Assembly (NCBI GenBank): GCA_002633005.1
Contig: NMRA01000029.1
Location: forward strand, 574,956 to 638,955
Length of the DNA: 64,000 bases
DNA from: Phoronis australis
Taxonomy: Eukaryota > Animalia > Phoronida
Reading direction: 5' to 3'
The position numbers and the translations under genes are program-made. Positions within the stretch are counted from its first letter, which is position 1. Every line of letters starts with the position of its first letter. The notes beneath the pieces are model-generated. The model was not told where the DNA came from. It ran no database searches and was given only the letters and a program-made list of their open reading frames with translations. Below are positions 1 to 12,000 of this stretch, piece after piece.

Positions 1-720
1 GTTTTCACCTCGTACAAAATACATTCTACACTCAAAACTATCACTTAAAAATGAGCTTACTTTCTTCAGTGATCCTTTCTGCTTCTACACATATCTTCGA
101 TGAAGCATATCTACTAGAATTAAGGTGACTTTGGAGACGAATTCCAACTCCACTTTTTGGTCACCGCACATGCGATAACCTCAAAATATTTCAACTGAGT
201 CACTAGAGTTAGACAAAGGCTAGCGCGAGACTGAGCGAAGCGCGTGACCTGACACGTGACACTTGCAAAATAGCATGGGAAGAAAATATCAGGTGGAATT
301 TGTGAGTTTTGTGTCCCTTGGACTTTGTGTTCATTACCAGGCGTGATTTCTCGTAACTTCTTCAAAATCGAACCCGTTGAGAGAAACTCAAGCAAACCTC
401 AACAAAATATTCACAGATTACTGTTCAAGTAATGTTGACTAATTGTATTCAGAGTCATGGTATGTGTTAATTATAACTCCATGTGCATTTATGCATGTTT
501 CATTCGATTTTATTTGCTGTATTTTGAAATGCGTAATTTTTTATGGGGATGTACTATTGCCCCTGTATGCCTGCAACATCCAGGGTGGTGTAATTACCTA
601 TCATGAATCAAGTTAGGCAACACGTAGCCCCTCGGTTGGCCAGTTAGGGGCTACTATACTTCCCATCGCTTTCTCTACGCATTTCGTTCCATATATTATA
701 AATAAGCAGTGGGCCAAATC

Positions 721-1884
721 TAGGCAATGACCATCACCTCTGTTGGCCCGAACCAGAGGCGATGCAGAGGCTATAGGCGATCTGTACGCCGGAAGCTTTT
801 CGGCAAATTATGCCTCGCACCGGCTAAACCATCAAAGTCACGTTGTTATAAATACCTTTTGCGCATAGAGGAACACCTGAGGAGGTTGTCGATTTGTTTA
901 ATTCCTTCCAACTCGAACAAATACTCCCATTATCAAACTTTTTCTTCGAGCAGTCCCTATTTCAGTTCCCAAAATCGTGAACTCACAATTTTTATACTGC
1001 ACATGCTCGCTAGGTGATGTGAATTCATGACCTCAATCTTTAAATAGGCCAAAGGTGAGTCATTGCGGTCTTTTCAGTCAAATGTCCGTTTCCAAAATGC
1101 CACCACTTATACTTGTCTTTAATTGGCGTTACTTGAAACTGATTGTATTTCAATGAATCATTGTTTGTATTTGCTAAAAATAAATGCTGTTGATATGACA
1201 TTTAATAGTTTTTGTGCAAATATTTGACATTTTAATGTTTAACAACACGGCAAATGCACGGCTGGTTCCCGGCAGCACGTACGAGAAGGGCGGGAACTTC
1301 AGCTTTCAAAGTTCGCCGGTAGGTCCGCAACTTCTGACCTTCGGCCTGGTTAAAAAAATTAAAAAGTTGATTTCACGATTTTGGGAACTGAAATAGGGAC
1401 TGCTCGAAGAAAAAGTTTCATAACGGGAGTATTTGTTCGAGTTGGAAGGAATTAAACACATCCATAACCTCCTAAGGTGTTCCTCTATGCGCAAAAGGTA
1501 TTTATGTTGTATTACTGCAGGTTCACTAGCTAGGCCTCTAGAAGTACTCACCAGTTAAAACACAGCTATTCAAGCTTCAGGTAAAACCCAATCCAGGTGC
1601 CCATCCCTGACATCCTGATTGCTTGCTGAAAGACTGCCAGCAGGATTCCCGCCAGCAGTTTAAGTAAAACAAGCATCCGGGGAACCATAAAACTGACAAA
1701 TCACAAGACACCACAGAAAGATAAAGGACGAATGATGTTGACGATTACAACATTTATAACAACGTGACTTTGATGGTTTATTCGGTGCGAGGCATAATTC
1801 ACCGAAAAGCTTCCGGCGTACAGAGCGCTTATAGCCTCTGCATCGCCTCTGGTTCGGGCCAACAGAGGCGATGGTCATTGCCTA
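721..1884. mobile_element. Non-autonomous DNA transposon with long TIRs and 9-bp TSD (Mutator/MULE-like)
   Basis: 721-983 is inverted at 1372-1504 plus 1752-1884, with a ~247-bp insertion in the right arm. Identical flanking GGCCAAATC at 712-720 and 1885-1893. This explains the mirror-image ORFs in the track. Confidence 0.8.
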
Positions 1885-4746
1885 GGCCAAATCAAGCCAT
1901 CGATTTTGAGTTTTTACCTCGTCAAAAATACATTCCACACTTAATTTCTTAAAACCACCACTGTACATATCTTCCATGAAAACTGAGTGATGCGCGTGAC
2001 GCTAGCACATGACACTTACAAAATAGCATGGAACGAAATGCTTAAGGAAAGCGATTGGGAAGTATTGTAGCCCCTAACCGAGGGGTATTGCCTGGACTCA
2101 CGATTGAAATTCAGAGATGAAACAAGCACTTACGTTGCATTGGTTTTCACAATATAAGCCTAAATGACGAGCACCAGCTTTTAGCACAGGTGAGGAGACG
2201 TTTATGTCCGGTACAGTCAGTTCTTCAAAACTTGGAAGATACATCTCATCTGTTGCAGCCATCCTTGCAAACAGGATTCACAGACCAACAGAAACGACAA
2301 AATGATGGCGGAGAATCAAGGTCTCGTGAACATCTCGTCCGCCGCGTGACTTTAATTGTCTGGATTCGATGCTCCTTTGTTATTTTTAACCTTGTACTGC
2401 CGTACGTGAACTTGGAATCCTGCTCAAATCTCAAGATTAAGCAGAAGTGAGTGTTGCGTGAACTTGGAATTTCGAGATCACGCAAATAATATTGAGATTA
2501 AGCAAGCTGCCTAATCCCGTGAAGTTGGAATATCTTTGCGTGAACTTGGCGGCTGCCTGACACCCAATCACAGAACAAGGCGCTTGGGCTGAAATCATTA
2601 CTGAACCGGTAGGCACTAAACGGGGAGAAGAGTAAAAAAAAATAGAGATAAAGCTTCCGTGGCCTTATGAATACGCCTACTGCATGGTTAGTACCAAGAG
2701 ACTCGGAATAAAAATATCATTTAAGGACTAATGCGATTACATGTACATGTTCCCTCTACAGGCATATAGATGTACCGGGCCACAGACATGATGTCTATGT
2801 ACCGGGCATTCAAGGTCTTAAACCTACACGACTACGGTGGCCATTTTAGTCGTATTGTTTTCTGTGTTGTTGCCTATTCCAATATAAATGAAGCTTTCTA
2901 GTGCCTAGTTGATATCAAGGAGTGCTGATCTAAGCATTCACAAACTGGTTGCAATACACTGATTTTAAATACATTTTCACTGAATTTCGGAAGACTTCTA
3001 GTGAGTGCATTCGGATTTTCTTTTGTCAATATATAAGCAAGCCACGCCCTTGGTTAAACTTGGAACAATTCAATTTCTTCTTTACAAAAAACGTGTGGTG
3101 AACCAAATACATTCTCCGAATAGTTACGTTTTCTTTATTACTTTTGAAACACCTATGAATGCAGTCGCAGTTGTTTTCTACCCAATTACAAATTTACATA
3201 AGCAAGCCACGCCCTTGCTTAAACTTAATCAAACTTCTTCTTTACAAAAAACCGTGTACATTCTCTGAATGGTGGCGACATACTGCTCTCAAGAATACCT
3301 TTGTAAAACTTTTTCTGTGATCTCGTCTGCTTGGACGACCACACAACTTCGTAACAAACAACTTCGTTTCCAAAAGCACTTTAACTGTTTATGGTTGGGT
3401 TTTTCTGATTGTGGGAACTGTTTAGACAGTCCGGACCCACTGTCAACCCTGTTGCTTCCGTTGACTTGTAGGCATCAGTTTTCTTGTTCTCCATTTATGA
3501 CACCAATTTTTTCTGTAATCAGTTCTATGAGGAAACCTTTTCTCAGGAGAAAAGTGTTCTGACCATTTTCTACCCATTGATGACAGAGCCACCAGGAAAA
3601 TACTCTGCCTCCCGTTCAGTAACACTAGGAATTCGCTAAAAGAAGCAAGACTTCGCGAGATTACGTGAGATGTTGCCGTGCATTTCAAAGAGATCACGTG
3701 ACTTTGGCTAGATTTTAGCTAGGTCCTAGCGTAGGTCCTAGCGTTGCTGAACGCACACCACAGGTTTCACTGAACCCGCTTCCTGTGAAAAAGAGCTAGG
3801 CCTACAGTGGAGCGTTGAAATGCACCCACGACTGCAATGAAATTGCAATACTTTTTACTATCGTAAAAATAACCATTAAATGGCACAGCCAGTCAGCTCC
3901 AGTGCACGTAATCAGCCTCCACAATCTACATTGACTGTTTAAAGTTGTTAATTGCTACCTCTTGACATATATTTACAAATTATCCCAGCCCAAGCTAACC
4001 TTCCCCATTGGTTAGTTTTATATTTGGCGCACATTCTGATTGGTCGAATAGGTTCACTTGCATGGTATATGTTGTATCTTTATACTATCACAACAGTAGC
4101 TTTTAATACATCATTCCGAACACAAGTATTTTTCTCTTCGAACCACCTCGGGTTTTATCCATACACAACCTAACCCACACTAAGAGATATCTTATCACGT
4201 CACCATTAATTAGAGTACAACACGAAACAACTACTGATACCCGCACGGTACCAGACCAACATCCGATGAGTGAAGCAGTAGACTGACGAAATCACGGAAA
4301 TACTGCTCCGTGAAACATTTCATTTACTTGCCAAGGACCAAATTTGCGTAACAATGAGGTTCTATGAGGCCAGTGCCGCGGTTTTGGTGAAGACTCATCT
4401 GTTGGTGTTGTACTCTTGTAAAAGATTACCGAACTCTTAGCTTTAAGGTTGTGGGACCCGCCGGCAACAGTAATTATATATAGTGGGCGTGACCTGCTTG
4501 AGTAGGCGTTTCCCGCCTGGAATTATGGGTTGGGAATATGGACGATGATGAGTCGCCTCGTGTCCAGTAGTGTGCGGCGCGGGGCATCACGTGTCGCTCT
4601 AGATAGTGACTTTTTCTTCTCCCGTTGCCAACACTCTTATCACAGGTTGTGGAATGAGGAAAACTAATGAACGAGTATATAGATACCAGGGTTGCGTTCC
4701 GTAAACGACGACTCGCTAGAGTTAAGCTAATGTGATCACGTAGTTC

Positions 4747-5399
4747 CAGTGGCGGATTTAGATGAGGGCCAACCGGGGGGCCATGGCCTCCCTAAATTTG
4801 GCAGTTCGGGGGTGCGATTGCGTCAAACGTGCCCGACGCTGAGCCAACGTTGGGCGACGTCAAGACTGAACAATGACTCAGTCAAAGAAGAACAAACAGG
4901 TTAACAAGTGTGGCGAAAAAATATCCCAAGCGTCGAATTTACTTGGAAGTGCAAAACATGCGTTTAAATGCAGTATCTCGTAGACGACGGATCAACGCCG
5001 GACCAACGTCAAAAAACCGATCGCGACCTACCCACCTCGAGCCAACGAATGGCGACCGTTGGTCCAACGTAGTGATGCTATCTAGGACTGAGAGTGGATG
5101 GCACAGCGTTTTATTCGTTGTCAACAGAAGTCGATCTAACCTTCTGTTGATTGAACATGGCGTTGTCAACGAGGAAATAGTGCGATCAAAAACTTGACGA
5201 TAAAATTGTAAGGGGACAAGGTAGCAGACATCTTGTTATATTTTTGGATTGAAAACGATGAAAGGAATCGAATGATACAATATGTGTAAGTCAATCTTCA
5301 TATTGTAAACAATCACCCGAATGTCTGACGGGTAAAATCCCAGCTAAAACTCTGGCCTGCCCCCCTCCCTCCCAACTCAAAATCCTGGATCCACCCCTG
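4747..5399. mobile_element. Possible hAT-derived MITE relic
   Basis: Ends CAGTGGCGGATTTAG and CTGGATCCACCCCTG form an imperfect TIR pair; no 8-bp TSD seen. Confidence 0.35.
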
Positions 5400-7950
5400 G
5401 GTTCGCGGGTAATACAAGGCAGTATCTCGCAAAGACTTGTGTTTTGCTAGTTCCTTGCGTATATCGAACGACGCAGCCCTATATAAAGTGCACATTGACC
5501 GTTTGAACTATAAGAATGCGAACCGACTGAGAACAAATTCTGCTAAAAACAAAAATTTAGGGTTGGCCTAGAGTTAATGTCCGTATAATGAGTCTGAATG
5601 CTGAGCCCAGCACCGGAGGAAAGCTCGCCCAGGTCTCCAGCTACAGCACCACAGTCCTCCTACTGCTATTCTGTTTATAACCTAGAAAGTATTAACTTAC
5701 CAACCCCCTGTTGTCACTAGTAGCAGAAATTTTAAACGCTGGAACTTGACACCCAGCCACAAGCCGTTAGCTGCCATGCCTATTATTCTGTACACTCGAT
5801 AAATTAATTTTATGAACTATTTGAATTAAGACTATTCATTAGAATCTATGGCCTACAAAAACAGCACAAAAACAGGGCGTGACATAACACCAAATACATA
5901 TGATTGTACAAAATAACCAGCCGATGTGAGGGCAGTGTATGAAAACATTGAAAGTTGTAGTAATTGTCAGTAAATACCCTAGTGTTTTATTTCAAACATT
6001 TTAAAATTAGTTTCATTCCTACACTGTTTAGAACTTGATGTTACTTTCGTAACAGTAGATATAATGTTTTGACAGCTATATTATATACTACGAACTATTT
6101 TACTTGAGCAATGATTTGCATGGGTAAGTTGGTTTAGCAAACGTCACTAGTGTCATTCACGTAAATGAATAATATTGTGTAGGACAAAAAACAAAATAAT
6201 GGCAGAATTTTCTAAAGTTGGTGACAGTTGCTAAGCTGTCTACGAATGTAGACATTGGACCAACGGAATTATTGTATCAATTCCAAATGGTGACTTAATT
6301 GTCGGATAATTCCCTGTTGGCCCGGTCACAACATCGAATGGTTGATGGAAGCTGAACCAGGAGACGATTACTACCAAAACAACAAGATGAGCGAGGTAAG
6401 ATAATATACTTTTTCTGTTTTTAAATATTATGCATAAAACTTTTGTTGATAAAATCTAGTTTTCAATGGCTTGTAAATTCTTCGGATGAGCTTAAGAAGC
6501 GTAAAAATAAGTTTTCTACAAAAGCACATTTGAAAACCGTCCTTTTTGGTAAACATCGGGTTTTAGAGTTAGAGTGCCATAGTAATTCGGAAGGCTGATT
6601 AATTTTTTCCACGAAGTCGCATTCTTTTAATCTACGTTGCATTAACTGGCCTTGGGGTACTTTTTTGATTGTTAGTGGTCTTCAGGACATTTGATAACAG
6701 TTTATACAGAGAATGCGTGAGACATTATTAACCCAAATAAGCCAATCTGGTTTTTGTTTATTCATTATTTATATTTTTTTATTTTAATGTGTAAGCTAAA
6801 TACTTGTTCATTGAATTGAATCAAAGTAAAATAATTCTTGTTATGAACAAGGATTAAAAACACCCATTCATTAACAGGCTTGCTGTACACCTCAGGTAAT
6901 TCAGGTTGTGGAAAACGTTATATGCATCCCAAAATATGATTGAAGCTATGCAAGGTGACCTGATAGCTTAGAAATGCACTAGTGTAACAATTTTATAAAT
7001 TGCTCTTTTTCGTTGTTGAATGTAAGGTCTTTCATTAGGTAACTAATTCCAGTGTTTATCTCGAAAGTGATAACAAAAATCCACTTATTTGCAACTTTTT
7101 ACCGTTTTCTTGCTCCCAGAATTTGTTTTGGTTTTATGTTCAGTCAAGCTTCCCACATATACTTGTTTAACAATATTGAAGTAAACAAGTCAGTTACACA
7201 GTGGTCATTCACAGACCAAGGGACATGAGCCATATGGCCGTAACAGTGTATTGCTTCAACATCCATAGGTCCTGGAAACCCATGTACAGTAGTCTGTACC
7301 CTGCATGTCTTTGTTTATTTTATTTGACCAGCAACCACCTCAGATATGCACTGATTTGAACATGACAGTATAGAGACATAAGTAGGAGAAATGTATCGGA
7401 GACTTCAGTCACAAGACAGCACCAAACTACCCTCAAAACATTGAAATTTTATGTATGTACTCACAGTACCCAATGCTCTTCAATTAAGTATTAGTAACAT
7501 TTACACATGCAATCACTAATTGGTTAATATTCATTTTATGTTCTGTCAGTGTCTGTTTCATTAGATTTTGGCACCCATGATAGACACTTGATACGTTTTT
7601 GGTATTTAATTGATTGAAGACAAGAAAGTGTTTCAAATATGCCAAACTGTGAACAATAGTTTGCCTACATGAAAAAACTTCTTCGTCACACACAGAAGAG
7701 GATTAGACGTTCTCGTTAAAATTGTGGTTCTATAATCGCAAAAAATAATCCAAAATGAGGAACACGCAATGATAATAGAAAAAAGTGGCAAAATCCGAAA
7801 GAACTTACCATCTCTCACTAAGTCTAGATCAAACATAAAATCGTACTTGTGTTTGATTCTCATAATAGCACTACAGCAAGTTAAAGTACATACATGTATA
7901 TACCCTTACCATGGACATGAAAGTGGCAATTCAAGACAGTCTGCAAAAGT

Positions 7951-8806
7951 TATGGCGTGTTATGTGTTGCAAAATTCAATGTTAAAAAAATTAGGTTTGA
8001 TGTAATTATGTGTGTTCGATACCTCATATTTATATTTGATCTCACAGTATGTACATTTGATGTCAAAATATTTGTATTCCATAATGAAAATACTTATGTG
8101 CGATAAGTTTTTTGTTCGATGTTTCTTTTGATATGTTCAATAACGGAATTATGTGTATTATGAAACGACGTTCCTGATTGGTTCCTGGAATTAAATAAAA
8201 AGGGTGGCTACCGAAGAAGAGTTGCTTCCTCATTCTTTCGACAATTTAGCCCATTTCATCGACATTTGTGAACACGAATACAGTTCAGGCGATTCAGAGG
8301 TGGTTGATGATGCTATGCAACAGATAGATGCCTAGTATTTATACGCCCTTAAGTCCATTGACGAGCGATTTCGCGAGGAACTCGGTTCTGACCCTAACCA
8401 GCCAACAACAAACCAAGCCCAGGGTGAGTCAACAAGTTCCACTACGCGCGGGTAAATAACGTCTCAACACAGCTGACCAATCACAGCCGTCGTTTCAATT
8501 TACCCAGAGTTCCATTATCGAATGTAACCGGAAAACATCGAACAGAAATTTTCAAAACATTGAATACAATAGTAATGAACATTGAATACATATAATATTA
8601 TGAAACATAAATGTAGATAACATTGAATATAAGATCAAATATAAATATAAAAAAATCAAATATAAATATAATAAGATCAAATATAAATATAAAAAAATCA
8701 ATTATAAATATAATAAGATCAAATGTAAATATAAGATATCCAATACATATAATTACATCAAACCCATTTTTTTAACATTGAATTTTGCAACACATAACAC
8801 GCCATA
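7951..8806. mobile_element. Foldback/MITE with long imperfect inverted arms
   Basis: TATGGCGTGTTATGTGTTGCAAAATTCAATGTTAAAAAAA at 7951 is the reverse complement of ~8767-8806. Degenerate similarity continues inward (~8180 vs ~8475). The right arm has AT-rich AAGATCAAATATAAATAT repeats. Confidence 0.75.
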
Positions 8807-9049
8807 GAACTCTGGGGTTTTTAAAGAAGTTTCTATCAATAAAAATCAATGCGGTTGTGTTTATTCTTTTCGACTGGTCTTGAAAAGTAAGTTCCATCCA
8901 TTCAGTTATGGTTTTCAGTAAATGTCTGGTGTGTCTGTAGCCTGGTGTTTATTGTAGTTAGATATTGTTTATGATAAGTGCCTGGAAATTGTGAGACCCA
9001 GGCGAACATTCAGTCCTCAGGCTTCGGCTACCCTTCATCCAATAACACG

Positions 9050-12000
9050 ATGTCGGTCTACGTGTTGGCGTTGGGAACTTTGCTCCTGCCGCAAATATTT
9101 GGTGTTGAAATTTTCGAACCAAATGTTTCTTTGGTTATCGACAACGCACTCTTCAAGCCGGACACTTGGTCAGAGGGACCAATGTTCAATAAGGAAGGAA
9201 CTTTATACATAACTGCTTCACATCACAATCTCCAAGCCACGGCATGTGATATCTACCGTGTGGATTTAGAACGGAAAAAGGTTGGTACATTATCACGTGC
9301 AGGAATTTCTGTTTTAAACAATTCATGTACGTGTGAACAGTAGGCCTACCATTTTCTACAAAAACGAGTTTTAATACGTAGAAAGATAGTGATGTTTGAA
9401 AATTACTACAACTTAATATGAATTTGAGTTCTTAACATCAATTCAACTTCGGTGTCCGTTTTGCTGGTTGAAATTTTGTAGATAAAATATATAACAACAC
9501 TGTCCAAAATGAACTAAACGTTTTAGAGACAACATGTATTGAACAAATCTAAAAGGACATTGTCGGTTTTACGACCGAAAACGCATTTTGAAGATTATCG
9601 CATGCGATAGACTTCTTGAAGTTATAGCTTTGACCAGAGCTGTAAAAGAACAGAATCTGTGGAGTTTTTGTAGTTTTATTACAAATCATCAATTATCGAC
9701 TTTGGGCGTCATATTTTCTGTGAAATGAAGGTCGCTGTCATTACGCTTACAATACAATGATGTTTGAAAGGAGGGATTTGGCTCAGTGAAAGAAAATCGT
9801 TGCCCCCTCGAAAGTTATGGCGACTGACGAGTGAGCGCCCTGAACGTAGGACCCAGATAGAGAAATCTAAATACGGCACTGCAAAGCAGGGGTGCCAAGC
9901 CGTCCAGAAATTCCAGAGTGAAATATATTGTTGCATCTACTTTTTTCTCAGCTCTCAAGTGTTGCTCAACCCATTATCAAGTCAGTTGGCGGGAACTCAA
10001 ATGGCGGACAGTGCGACCAAGATGGCAACCTATGGGTGACAGATCTCAGGCACGCTCTGCTCAAAGTGACCCCTGACGGAAAGTATACACAAATTGCACG
10101 AAAAGATTCCAAAAATCAACCTCTGCAGGGATTTAACGACGGGACGTTTGACTTCACCGGAAACATGTGGATGACGGCACCGGTGAACGATATAGCCCCC
10201 GCAGCGTACAAGAATGGACTGTCGCCGGAAGAGAGAGTCAATGGATCCCTATATTGCTATAACAGGTAAAACGTGTGCCTAGTTTAAGTTTTAACAGTTA
10301 GACGAAATCATTACCGCGATAACCAGCAAAAAATTTGAAAACATTTCAAATTCCCAAAATATTTTAGGTCAACTACGCTCATGCAAAGACCATATACATG
10401 TAAACAATTACCCTTTTCGTGTTGCACGGGAGAGTCCGTTTGTTGTTCTGCGCCTTTGAATGGCAGGTTTGGGTAGACCAGGATACATATGTATGGCGCC
10501 ATTCACGGATTCGTCACGTTACTACCGGGCTTCGTTTTGTCCAAAGACTGTAAGGCCGGTCGTAGCTTATTAAAGGAGGATGCCACCCGATTTAATTAGT
10601 CTTTTTTGCCGTCTTAATCGGTCTATATCCACATCGCCTCGCATACAGTCGATTTTACCTTGCCAAGAGGTGTCGCGTTAACCTGTGAGGAAAGTGAGAA
10701 AGGACGTTAGCGACGTCAGTGGTTCATATGCAGAGTGAATGCCGCTATGTTGCAGTGCACGGTTTCCGCTTGTCCGAACTAAGCAGTTGCGAGGAAAGCG
10801 GTAATATCGTTTTGTTTTTTTATTTCCTCGAGAGTCGAATGCCGGCTTACCAAATAACTCCATAAGTTCCGTTGTCTGAGCTTGTTCACCGCGCCTCTCT
10901 AGGATTTCTTCATCACTGTATTCCTGTTCGAATTGATAGGCATGTAAAACTTTACGATCCATCTGCGAAGTCGGCACTGATGAGCTCTAGCTCGTCCAAA
11001 GTCGGAATTGCGAGTTGCCATGTTGGCGTTTGCTACTGAGCGTTCTGTTTCAAAATGAATTATTCTCACCCTAACCAATACTTATCTGTAACTGAAACAA
11101 AGTCTGTCTCATTAGATAGGAAATTTGTAATGCCTTTGGAGTGTTCGTGACTGCAAGTGATTTGATAAGCCAGCTATGAATAAATCCCTGCGTTACCGGC
11201 TTTAGGCGCAATAAAGACTAATTGACGGGACACCTAGGCCGTGTGAGCTCATGCTAATTTAGTGTTTGCTGGCAGAAACTGTTGTGAAACAACTCGATTT
11301 CCATCCCACGGCCAGATGTTAGGGGAATCTTTATTTACATTTACATTACTCAAATAATGATTGACAATGTACAATTTCTGCCCGGACGGTGCTGTGGCAG
11401 AAGCGGAACCCGGCTGAAATCGCGGCCCCAGACGCCGAGTAAGTAGATTGGCAGTTTCGTGGCTAATTCACCAACATAATCACGTGCACATTACTTTGGC
11501 TCACAAGTATAATATTTTCTTGACTGGAAGTTTAGTTTCCACTGAACTTTGGCTGGTTTCTGTTCGTGATGTCTGATCAGCTTCCGAGCCACTGGCCGGG
11601 ATAACGCTGCCAGTCAATCCGGCCGGCCGCGACGGGCTTGATCGGGCTCCGAGCCACTGGCCAGGATAGCAAGCGTTTTGTGATTAGAACTAAAAAAAAT
11701 TACAAGTCTAAACAACACAGATCTATGTTCTCCTGTCTGTATCTCACGGAAAATACTTCGAAATTATCTCCGAACAGACCCCAAACTCCTNGCAAGCGTT
11801 TTGTGATTAGAACTAAAAAAATTACAAGTCTAAACAACACAGATCTATGTTCTCCTGTCTGTATCTCACGGAAAATACTTCGAAATTATCTCCGAACAGA
11901 CCCCAAACTCCTGCTACGGACATTGGCCTGCCGCCGCGAACTTTGTAGCCTACGGTGTGTCCAAATACCAATAAATCTGTAAGAGCGAAATAAAACAACA

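Noticed and set aside
727-1878. Apparent paralogous small ORFs on opposite strands
   Set aside because: Translations of the two inverted arms of a transposon.
4286-4320. Hammerhead-like CTGACGA...GAAAC (weaker cases at ~14190 and ~47080)
   Set aside because: Stem II is offset and no convincing stems I/III or cleavage triplet are present; an Infernal search would be needed.
6387-6400. ATGAGCGAG|GTAAG as a possible alternative first exon of the DFPase gene
   Set aside because: No supporting acceptor or homology; the ATG at 9050 already gives a complete protein.
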